Virus record (IMG/VR): IMGVR_UViG_3300006116_000048
Location: 1 to 29,494 of that record
Origin: a virus
Taxonomy: Duplodnaviria; Caudoviricetes
Strand: one strand, 5' to 3'
DNA: 29,494 bases
Within the stretch, counting starts at the first letter, position 1. Each line of letters opens with the position of its first letter. Below the pieces are notes generated by a model. The model had not been told where the DNA came from and searched no databases. It saw nothing but the letters and a program-made list of their open reading frames with translations. A program made the translations under genes and the position numbers. This document shows positions 16,857-24,698 of this stretch, piece by piece.

Positions 16857-18071
16857 TTAATAAATTACTCCTTTTCTAAATTTATTCAAACTGCCATTAC
16901 TAACTGCAAACGCATCTGTTATAACCCCGTCTTTAGTTTGCACAATGTAGCTTATTTTCTTGCCAAAGGTAATATAATTTTTTAATACTATCGTTTGTTT
17001 TTCATTGCCCCATGATCCCCATATCTCGTCAGGTTCTTCTATCGTACTTGGCAGCCCTTCAAATCCTCGTGGATGCTTTTGTATGTTGTGAATAGATACG
17101 TTACTAAGGATGACATTTGTATACGTGTCGTGGTTCTGAAATATTACATTCCCTTTCTTGTCTGTTGTGTATTTGTCTTTCCATCCATCCACTATTGCCA
17201 TAACCTGATGCAGTCCCGTTGCAGCTAATAAGCGACTACTAAAACCTTCGGGGTCACTATCCGCAATTGGTTTGTTTAGTCCAAAAATATCAGCATTGAA
17301 AGTATTGCCATTGGTAATGCCTTCTTTTGGCAACATTCCCTGATGTGCAGGGTTAAATCTAAATTGTGGGTCTACTTCGTTTTCTAAGTCTTTTTCCGCT
17401 TCTTTGCTTGTAGCAATGTTATAGCCTTTACCCTCTATCTCGTCATTGTCAATACTAAACCCATCACAACGGCAGTTAAACCCATTCGGCGGAAATACAG
17501 CATCGCCAGCAGGGTCACCAACCTTGTAAACTTTACCCTCTAAATCAACGTGTTCTTCTCTTTCCCTTCCATCCATTTCCCCCTTATACACCCAATATGG
17601 ATAATAGTCTTTAAGGCTTTCAATCTGTCTAAAACGTTCACCCATTACCGCACCTTTACGGCAAGTTTCATACTCTACCCTTAAATGTACTTCGTTGTTT
17701 ATTTCGGCTATTTGTGAAGCATCTTTTTTGTATTGGCTGAATGGTTTTATAGTTCCTTTGCTATCAAATACCGCCGATTGCATTTCTTTAGCTATTTCGG
17801 CGTTTCGGCTTGCTGAAAATTGATAGGCGTTTTGCATATATCGCTCAAATACGCTAGTATCTTTCATAGCTTCAAAATCCCCCATTATAGGAATTTCTTT
17901 AGCCATCGCCTCAAAAAAGTATTGATTATATTCTTTATAAATTGGATAGAATACTATTTTGCCTTTGTTGTTAACGTAAATGTATTCTAGTTGGTCGTTT
18001 TTAAGGTCATCGTTAATTAGGTTCTGCTTCTTTTTCTTTTTCTTATCGCCCGTTAGTTTTTCAATTAGGCT
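16857..18071 (-). CDS. MuF (SPP1 gp7-like) head morphogenesis protein with a C-terminal PBECR-like nuclease domain; first ATG at 17906, but the frame is open back through the portal 3' end
   Basis: MuF motif YPYWVY....DGREREEH..LEG.......FPPNGFNCRC; C-terminal TIEEPDEIW...NYI...FRKG. The 55 codons between the A10 run and ATG 17906 contain no stop and no ATG/GTG/TTG. Confidence 0.8.
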   Translation of the reverse strand, partial: SLIEKLTGDKKKKKKQNLINDDLKNDQLEYIYVNNKGKIVFYPIYKEYNQYFFEAMAKEIPIMGDFEAMKDTSVFERYMQNAYQFSASRNAEIAKEMQSAVFDSKGTIKPFSQYKKDASQIAEINNEVHLRVEYETCRKGAVMGERFRQIESLKDYYPYWVYKGEMDGREREEHVDLEGKVYKVGDPAGDAVFPPNGFNCRCDGFSIDNDEIEGKGYNIATSKEAEKDLENEVDPQFRFNPAHQGMLPKEGITNGNTFNADIFGLNKPIADSDPEGFSSRLLAATGLHQVMAIVDGWKDKYTTDKKGNVIFQNHDTYTNVILSNVSIHNIQKHPRGFEGLPSTIEEPDEIWGSWGNEKQTIVLKNYITFGKKISYIVQTKDGVITDAFAVSNGSLNKFRKGVIY

Positions 18072-19501
18072 TTTTTTTTTACCGTAAAACCTGCACTCAT
18101 TGTTTTAACTTCCGCTTCGGGTGCAGTTGGCGGCGCATCTTCAAAAAATTCTTTAACTAATCCATTAGCCTCAAAGAAACTATCCGTTAATCTTTTTCCG
18201 TTCTGCACCAATACAGTAGATATTTGAGTAATTTCCTCTAGTGTCATTTGTTTAGCCCTATTGGCTACGAACTTACCAGCAGGAAACTCCTTATAAAACT
18301 TTGTAATCTTTTTTAAATATTCATCGTTCAAATACGCCTCAACGTATTCGACCATTTCCATTACAACGCTCTCAAACTTATCGGCGTGTACATCCCCCAA
18401 TGCCCTACTGCCACTAGATGCCGTACTACTTGTCAAAGTACCCCCTAAAATCATTTCCCTTATCTCGTTCTTTTCGGCTTCGTTAAAGTCTGAAAAGATA
18501 CCGTGTGATTTTGCGTTTGTTCCTGTTGCCTCAAAATCAATCTCAATAGACTTAACTATTTTTCCGCTAGTGTCTAAAGTGTAAGGATATACTAGCCCTT
18601 TTGAAGGATCTATATTCGCTGCTATTGCTTCTGCCTGTATTTTATAAGGGTTAATCTCATTGCCAAAAACATCATAGCCGCTATCGTCTTGTGGATAACC
18701 AACGGTAAGTAATGGAAACGCCAAACGCCTTGCAGCTTGTACCCATGAATTTTTATTGATATTCATTTGGATAAATGAACGAGCTATCGGCTGCATCCAT
18801 CCTAAAAACTTTTCGTAAGATGTTGAAGGCTGAATCCACAATAAGTTAGGGGTATCATCAAACTTTTCACCGTCATAAAATGAGTAAGTCGATTGTCTCA
18901 ACATTCTATTAATCGGGTCTAAGTCTTGTTGCGGATACTTGTATATCTTATTATTTACGGGGTCTATGTTAATACCCGTGAAACCCCAAAAGTGTGATAA
19001 TGCAATTTCTTTTATAAGTTCTTTTTGCCATGACTTAGAACATAATTCAATAGTCCACTCGGGCAATTCTTCGCCCTTTTCATCAACGTACATTATCGGC
19101 ACTTTACCAATAGCAGACGTGATAGCATTAAACAATGATTGTACAAAAGGGCTACTTTCAAATACCCAACAAACCATTGTAGCATAACTAACGGGATAAC
19201 CGAACTTAACGGCTTGGTCGCAAGCATAACGCCACGTTGTTAAGTTCCAATCTACATAATAGTTATTAGGGAACGTTTGAGAAGTATGGGTTAAACCTGC
19301 CGACTTAGGAATAACAAATGGATTAACGCTTGGGGCTGTGCCTGTTGCAGGTATAGCTTTTGGATTTGATACACCCCACCCACCTGCACCCTTTGAGCCG
19401 CTAGGGGTTACAGTACCAGCAGGAAAACCCAACGGGCTACTATATTGTTGTTTTCTTTGTTGTATTTCGGGGTCGTTTGCCCTGCGTTCTGCTCTGCTCA
19501 T
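18065..19501 (-). CDS. Portal protein (DUF935/Mu gp29-like)
   Basis: Signature ILGGTLTS.....GSRALGDVH; follows TerL and the gp36-like gene. Confidence 0.9.
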   Translation of the reverse strand: MSRAERRANDPEIQQRKQQYSSPLGFPAGTVTPSGSKGAGGWGVSNPKAIPATGTAPSVNPFVIPKSAGLTHTSQTFPNNYYVDWNLTTWRYACDQAVKFGYPVSYATMVCWVFESSPFVQSLFNAITSAIGKVPIMYVDEKGEELPEWTIELCSKSWQKELIKEIALSHFWGFTGINIDPVNNKIYKYPQQDLDPINRMLRQSTYSFYDGEKFDDTPNLLWIQPSTSYEKFLGWMQPIARSFIQMNINKNSWVQAARRLAFPLLTVGYPQDDSGYDVFGNEINPYKIQAEAIAANIDPSKGLVYPYTLDTSGKIVKSIEIDFEATGTNAKSHGIFSDFNEAEKNEIREMILGGTLTSSTASSGSRALGDVHADKFESVVMEMVEYVEAYLNDEYLKKITKFYKEFPAGKFVANRAKQMTLEEITQISTVLVQNGKRLTDSFFEANGLVKEFFEDAPPTAPEAEVKTMSAGFTVKKKA

Positions 19502-19939
19502 TTACCCTAATGTTAAATAGTTTGAATCTACTAAATATGCTGTTGATGTTTTCAATATGTCGGCAACGGGCAAAGGTAAATTCATTTGACCGTTACGAAT
19601 AGCCCTAACCGTATAATCAGCCCAACTAAAATCATCTTTCATCTTTTCGGCTAATTCTTGAAAGCTACCTAATGCGTTTCTAACGGTTAACAAAGCCATT
19701 ATTTTAACCAACAATAACGCCCTATCTGTGCCTGTCTTTACAAGTTCGCCACTAAGGTCATAACGGGTCGTAAATGAACCTATAATTTCACTTTGTGCGA
19801 AGTTAAAAGCGTTCTGCAAACTGTTACTGTCAACCGTATATTGTTTAATCAATAGTTGGGATGAACAGAACTGCAATAAGTCCTCACCCGTAAGATAGCC
19901 GAAGTTCAAGGCTTGAATGTCTGCGATAGTTATTGCCAT
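19502..19939 (-). CDS. Mu gp36-like (DUF1320) head-tail adaptor
   Basis: AQSEIIGSFTTRYDL...R..LLVKI...IRNGQMNLPLP. Confidence 0.8.
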   Translation of the reverse strand: MAITIADIQALNFGYLTGEDLLQFCSSQLLIKQYTVDSNSLQNAFNFAQSEIIGSFTTRYDLSGELVKTGTDRALLLVKIMALLTVRNALGSFQELAEKMKDDFSWADYTVRAIRNGQMNLPLPVADILKTSTAYLVDSNYLTLG

Positions 19940-19945
19940 AATTTA

Positions 19946-19953
19946 CAAAAGTA
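19946..19953 (-). promoter_or_regulatory. -7 promoter element TACTTTTG upstream of gp36/portal
   Basis: TAnnTTTG 6 nt upstream of ATG 19939, in a 29-nt intergenic gap. Confidence 0.55.
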
Positions 19954-19968
19954 GGTAAATTTAATTTA

Positions 19969-21396
19969 TTAGAATGTAATTTGTTCGCCACGTTGTATTT
20001 GCACGATGCCGTTTGGTTTGAATAACTTGCCCCCACGTTGATAAGAGGTAAAGTCCTGGGCAAAAGCGGAGCAAAGAAGATAATCTACTAGGTCACTAAA
20101 ATGCCCTACTATTTGATAGGACTTTTTTGTGTTAGGGTCGGTTGCAGTTGCTTTGTCTTTCGTTCCGTCTGGGGCTTCTTTTACTGCAATAAAATCATTA
20201 ATAGTTTTTTTGCAATTTGAGCCTATTACTATTTTTAACCCCCCTATTTCTTTCTCAAAGATAGTATTAATCCAATCGCCTCGCATCTTTACAGAAGGGT
20301 TTGAGCGCAATACTCGCAATGTAGGGCGGTAACTTATTAAGGCATCTGTTATTAATCTATAAAAATTGTAGCCCTTTTCTAGTTTAGTATCTTCTTTACT
20401 TGCCGTTGCATCACCGTAAATAAATAACCCTGATTGATGGGATGGATATTTTCTTATAAATTCATTACATACAGCCTTAACCGTATTTAGTGGTGTAACC
20501 CCTGCAATCTCATCTATCATGTAAACAGTCTTACCCTTAATTTGAAAGATACCAACAGGTAAAAACGGGTTTACATTGTCATCGAAACTAATATGCAGAG
20601 GTAATTCGTGGTCGTAGTAAGTATCGGCAACGTGCTGATTAATCTCAAAACATTTGTAAAATTCGCCGCCCGTTTTCATTTGCACATCCCAATTCCCTTC
20701 TACAAATACCTCGTATTCAAACCTATTCAAATTAGCTTTAAGTGAAGGTAAATAATCTGGCTGTTGTGTTAATAAAGGAATATTATCATAAATTCTAGAT
20801 TGAATATAAAGCCAATTTGGGTTAAGTGTATTTTCTTTATGTGGCAAATAAATTAAATCACGAACCCATCCAAAGCTAGGGTTGCAAGTTCCACAAACTA
20901 CTGGTTTAGGCTGTTGTTTAGCATTTGGTATTACATAACTACCAGCTCTTTCAAAAGCCTTGAATAAACTTTGTTGCTGGCACTCGTTTATCTCTTCCAA
21001 TCCCGCCCCATTAATTTCAAGTCCTTTCCATCTATTGAGGTCTTTATCTGTATCGTAGTTTTCTGCAAAAAAAATAAGCTGAGAACCATTTTTAAATGTT
21101 ACTGTTTGTTGGTTGCTATCGCTTGCATCTTTTTCAATAAAACTAGATGGTTTTATTTTTTCCCAACTTGGGTAAAGATTTCTTTTTATTGTAGGTATGT
21201 CTTTACGAATAATAACCCATCTACTGCCTGGATGTATTTTTGAAAGTAAAGTAAATAGTGAAAGTAAGGCAACTGTTTTACCGCCACGAATAGCCCCACC
21301 AAATAAAACAAAAGAATAATTCCCATTAAGTACCGCATTAATAAACTCCTCTTGCTTTGGGAATGGCGCAAATACTATTTCTTTATTTTTTTTCAT
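19969..21396 (-). CDS. terL: Terminase large subunit
   Basis: Walker A GGAIRGGKT, Walker B GLEE, coupling motif TCNP, and nuclease acidic residues SFDDN, YGDA and HFSDLVDY. Confidence 0.93.
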   Translation of the reverse strand: MKKNKEIVFAPFPKQEEFINAVLNGNYSFVLFGGAIRGGKTVALLSLFTLLSKIHPGSRWVIIRKDIPTIKRNLYPSWEKIKPSSFIEKDASDSNQQTVTFKNGSQLIFFAENYDTDKDLNRWKGLEINGAGLEEINECQQQSLFKAFERAGSYVIPNAKQQPKPVVCGTCNPSFGWVRDLIYLPHKENTLNPNWLYIQSRIYDNIPLLTQQPDYLPSLKANLNRFEYEVFVEGNWDVQMKTGGEFYKCFEINQHVADTYYDHELPLHISFDDNVNPFLPVGIFQIKGKTVYMIDEIAGVTPLNTVKAVCNEFIRKYPSHQSGLFIYGDATASKEDTKLEKGYNFYRLITDALISYRPTLRVLRSNPSVKMRGDWINTIFEKEIGGLKIVIGSNCKKTINDFIAVKEAPDGTKDKATATDPNTKKSYQIVGHFSDLVDYLLCSAFAQDFTSYQRGGKLFKPNGIVQIQRGEQITF

Positions 21397-22103
21397 TATA
21401 GAATTTTATTTCCTTTTATTAAATTTTCTAAAGCCCAAAGAGGCTGCAAGTTAGTGTAATGACATAGTTTTTTTAATTCTTCTTCACTTTTAGCTGATGA
21501 TAAGGGGATTATATGGTCTATATGCCAAACTCTAAAATTATAATTATCCCAACTCATCCCAACTTTAAATTTTAACTCAATATGTTTTTTAGCCTCAATA
21601 ATTGAACAACCTAATAAAACTATTGTTTTTTCACTTTTATAATATGATGAATGTTTAAAAGCATAACTAATTCTACATCTAAGATTGTCAGATAGCTTCA
21701 TTAATGGGTTATTTTGTTTTTGTTTTTTTCTGCTTTCTCTTATTATTGGTCTATTGTTTTTATTGTAATCAATTGAATATTTTTTTAATTGCTCATCGTT
21801 TTTAAAACGCCATTCTTTCATGTAATTTTTAATTTTTTCGGAATTTTCTTTTTTGTATTGAATAAGTTTTTCTTTGTTTTTTTCACACCATAATTTACTC
21901 CTTTCTTTATTAGAAATATATATTTTAGGTTTTTTTAATGCCATTATTTTTTTATGTCTATTTTTAGACCTTTCTATATAAATTTCTTTATTTTTTTCAT
22001 AATGCAATTTACCGTACCCTTTATTTTTTTCAGCCCATCTTTTTTTGCTTTCAGCTTTTCTTTTTTTTGATTCATCTTCTGTATAAATTTTTACTCTTGG
22101 CAT
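21396..22103 (-). CDS. Free-standing HNH (EndoVII-like) putative homing endonuclease
   Basis: WHIDHIIPLS...LCHYTNLQPLWALENLIKG; Lys-rich helical N-terminal repeats; visibly more AT-rich than its flanks. Confidence 0.85.
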   Translation of the reverse strand: MPRVKIYTEDESKKRKAESKKRWAEKNKGYGKLHYEKNKEIYIERSKNRHKKIMALKKPKIYISNKERSKLWCEKNKEKLIQYKKENSEKIKNYMKEWRFKNDEQLKKYSIDYNKNNRPIIRESRKKQKQNNPLMKLSDNLRCRISYAFKHSSYYKSEKTIVLLGCSIIEAKKHIELKFKVGMSWDNYNFRVWHIDHIIPLSSAKSEEELKKLCHYTNLQPLWALENLIKGNKIL

Positions 22104-22202
22104 AATTAAATAAAAAAATGTTAAGGTTCAGTGCGGTAACACATCCCCTTAACATTTTAAAAATAAGTTTAAAATTGTAGTTACCGCTACATTGCAAATA
22201 TA
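22104..22202 (-). promoter_or_regulatory. Promoter plus structured kissing-loop leader (copy A) upstream of the HNH gene
   Basis: TATATTTG; hairpin UGUAG-CGGUAA-CUACA; 12-bp stem AAAAUGUUAAGG/CCUUAACAUUUU with apical loop UUACCG. Confidence 0.7.
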
Positions 22203-22217
22203 GCGATTTTAATTTAT

Positions 22218-22619
22218 TTAAAATTCAATTTCTTTTCCATTAATAATCATTACTTGTACTGTCTTAACATCTTCCCCGTCTTTATTGACTTGGGCTTGTT
22301 TTTGTATTGCCTTACCGTGCGCTCTGTCTAATATCTTCTCAATCATTTCTGCACCGTTTTTAGATAACATTTCCTTCGCCACAATGCGCATTAACATAGG
22401 GTAACTGCTATCGCTTATTATTGACTTAATACGTTCTTCATCTAGATTAATCAATATAGAATAAGCCTCAACTATATTATTAGCTGATGCTGCCGTATAT
22501 CCTTCTTCTCTTAACTGCTCATTAACCCGTGACAATACTTTTTTTGGCTGTCCCTTAGGGTTGCCGCTTTGTCCTTTCTTAAATGTATTGCCGTAATTAT
22601 GTCCTTTCTGAAATGGCAT
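22218..22619 (-). CDS. terS: Terminase small subunit (DUF5681-type N-terminus)
   Basis: FKKGQSGNPKGQPK motif and ILDRAHGKA; upstream of TerL; start placed at MPFQKG. Confidence 0.75.
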   Translation of the reverse strand: MPFQKGHNYGNTFKKGQSGNPKGQPKKVLSRVNEQLREEGYTAASANNIVEAYSILINLDEERIKSIISDSSYPMLMRIVAKEMLSKNGAEMIEKILDRAHGKAIQKQAQVNKDGEDVKTVQVMIINGKEIEF

Positions 22620-22658
22620 ATATTTAACCGTTTGTATTTTCAATAAATGCTTCCACTT

Positions 22659-22746
22659 CTTTATCACTAAGCTGCTGCCCGTTCCGCTTTATCACTAAGC
22701 TGCTGCCCGTTCCGCTTTATCACTAAGCTGCTGCCCGTTCCGCTTT
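22659..22746. repeat. Perfect 28-bp tandem repeat, three copies plus 4 nt
   Basis: CTTTATCACTAAGCTGCTGCCCGTTCCG at 22659, 22687 and 22715. Confidence 0.97.
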
Positions 22747-23887
22747 CTTTGTTCAATTTTATCATTCTTGCCACTATCACATCGCAATATTTTGGGTCGA
22801 ATTCTACTAATCTTGCTTTTCTTTTTAATTGGTCGCAAGCAACCATAGTAGTTCCGCTGCCTCCAAAAGCATCTATTACAATGTCGCCGCTTTTTGAACT
22901 ATTCCCTATTTGATAAGCAAACAATCCAATTGGCTTCATTGTAGGGTGTTCTCCGTTTCTTTGTGGTTTATCAAAATTAATAACTGTTGTTTGCTTTCTG
23001 TCGAAATACCATTTGTGCGCTGCGCCTTCTTTCCAACCATATAAACAAGGTTCATGCTTCCAATGATAGTCACCCCTTCCCATTACTAAAACGTTTTTAT
23101 TCCAAATTAAACATGAAGAAAGCTTTATCCCCGCATTTTTGAATGCAGTTCTAAAATTAATACCTTCTATGTCGGCGTGCCAAACATACCAAGCAGACCC
23201 TTTTTTTAAAAATGTATTACAAGAGGTAAAAAAATCATAAAGAAATTGATAAAATTTTGAATCTTCCATATTATCGTTTTCAATTTTCAGACCATTACTT
23301 CCTTGGTAGGCTACATTATACGGTGGGTCAGTAACAACCATGTCTGCAAATTCTCCTTGCATCAACTTTTCAAAAGTATCAGTTTGAGTACTATCACCAC
23401 ACAACAATCTATGATCTCCAATCTCATATAAATCACCTAAAACTGTATAGGGCTCTTTTGGTGGCACACCGTTAAATTCATCTTCTTGCGCTTCTAATAC
23501 TTCTTCTTCAGAAAAGTCAGCAGGAATATCTAACCCCCATTCTCCTAATTGTTCTACATCCCAATCTGCTGTAATTTCTTCCCAATTCCAATCACCAAAT
23601 CCTACGTTATCTTTAATCAAAAACTCATTTTTTTGTTCTTCTGTCCAATCATCTGCAAGTATAATAGGCAGTTGCTTCATTCCGCATTCTTTTGCAGCTT
23701 TTAGTCGCATATTACCCCCAAGTACTACTACTTTACCATCTACATCAGTAAAGCAAACTAATGGGCGTTTTTCAAGCATTTCTGGAAAGTCCTGTAATGA
23801 CTTAACTAATTTAGCAAAGTTTTCATCTTTAATTACACGAGGATTTTTTGGGTTTGTCTTAATATCTGTTATATTTTTGTAAATCAT
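22667..23887 (-). CDS. ParB/Srx-domain fused DNA amino-methyltransferase (beta class)
   Basis: NPKNPR...VLGGNMRLKA ParB-like N-terminus; catalytic DPPY precedes HPTMKP and the SAM-binding motif DAFGGSGTT. Confidence 0.92.
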   Translation of the reverse strand: MIYKNITDIKTNPKNPRVIKDENFAKLVKSLQDFPEMLEKRPLVCFTDVDGKVVVLGGNMRLKAAKECGMKQLPIILADDWTEEQKNEFLIKDNVGFGDWNWEEITADWDVEQLGEWGLDIPADFSEEEVLEAQEDEFNGVPPKEPYTVLGDLYEIGDHRLLCGDSTQTDTFEKLMQGEFADMVVTDPPYNVAYQGSNGLKIENDNMEDSKFYQFLYDFFTSCNTFLKKGSAWYVWHADIEGINFRTAFKNAGIKLSSCLIWNKNVLVMGRGDYHWKHEPCLYGWKEGAAHKWYFDRKQTTVINFDKPQRNGEHPTMKPIGLFAYQIGNSSKSGDIVIDAFGGSGTTMVACDQLKRKARLVEFDPKYCDVIVARMIKLNKESGTGSSLVIKRNGQQLSDKAERAAA

Positions 23888-24006
23888 TCTAGTATTTTAA
23901 TATTAAGCATTTCCAATATTGCAAATAAGTTCTTAGAGTTAATCCAATACTTGCCGCTTTCCATTCGACAAAGTGCTTCGGGTGTAACGCCTATCGCTTT
24001 TGCCAT
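23884..24006 (-). CDS. Mini XRE/Cro-type HTH protein (40 aa)
   Basis: Not in the ORF track. MAKAIGVTPEALCRMESGKYWINSKNLFAILEMLNIKILE; its stop overlaps the methyltransferase start (ATGA). Confidence 0.65.
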   Translation of the reverse strand: MAKAIGVTPEALCRMESGKYWINSKNLFAILEMLNIKILE

Positions 24007-24012
24007 GTCTTG

Positions 24013-24020
24013 CAAAGATA
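24013..24020 (-). promoter_or_regulatory. -7 promoter element TATCTTTG
   Basis: TAnnTTTG 6 nt upstream of ATG 24006. Confidence 0.5.
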
Positions 24021-24041
24021 TAGAATTTTCAATACCAAAAT

Positions 24042-24398
24042 TTAAAATTTAGTTAAAGCATTTATTACATCTTCCGCACTATCCGCCGTTACTATTGTAA
24101 TACCAACACTAGCCCAATGATTATGTAGGTATTTCTGCTTATCTGAAAGTTTACCGTTGGGCATTTTTAACTCTAATCCCCAAAATTTAGGATACACAAA
24201 TAAAAAGTCGGGAACGCCTGCAATAACGCCCATACTATGAAGTTTCAATCTCATAGCCATACTTGTAGCACTTTCATTAGCTACATGAAAGTAAAATCCC
24301 CTTAACGCTGGGTAATTATGATTGATATATTTATGGGTTGCAGCTGTAAATTGGTCTTCGTTGGCGTAAATGGCGGTTAAAAATTGTTGTTTAGTCAT
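24042..24398 (-). CDS. VRR-NUC domain nuclease (resolvase-like)
   Basis: PD-(D/E)xK motif FHVANE...GVIAGVPD...LELK...GKLSDKQ. Confidence 0.9.
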   Translation of the reverse strand: MTKQQFLTAIYANEDQFTAATHKYINHNYPALRGFYFHVANESATSMAMRLKLHSMGVIAGVPDFLFVYPKFWGLELKMPNGKLSDKQKYLHNHWASVGITIVTADSAEDVINALTKF

Positions 24399-24400
24399 AT

Positions 24401-24698
24401 TTAGTAATTTTTGTAAAAGTTTAGTAATTGCTGTAATTCAATGGTAGTAAAGGTTTAACTATAAAAATTACCAAATTACTAAAAATTTCCCTATCTATTA
24501 TTTATATACAGTAACACTACTATTTATTTTTTATGTTTTATATATTTAGTACTTATACTCTTTTATATTTTTCTTATACAATAAATAGATTTATTTTTAG
24601 TAATTTTAGTAATTTATCTTTAAAAGTCAATAGTAGTAAAGGTTTTAGAATTACTAAACCCTTAAAAAAAATAGTAATCAGTTAGTAATTTTAGTAAT
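24401..24698. repeat. Iteron-rich AT-rich non-coding region, candidate replication origin
   Basis: Eight exact TTAGTAAT/ATTACTAA copies plus a 19-bp direct repeat, directly downstream of the primase-helicase gene. Confidence 0.7.

Noticed and set aside
22620-22667. GTG start for TerS at 22667
   Set aside because: It lies inside the tandem repeat; ATG 22619 directly precedes the conserved FxKG motifs.
22659-22746. 28-bp repeats as a mini CRISPR array
   Set aside because: The copies are head-to-tail with no spacers, and no cas genes are present.
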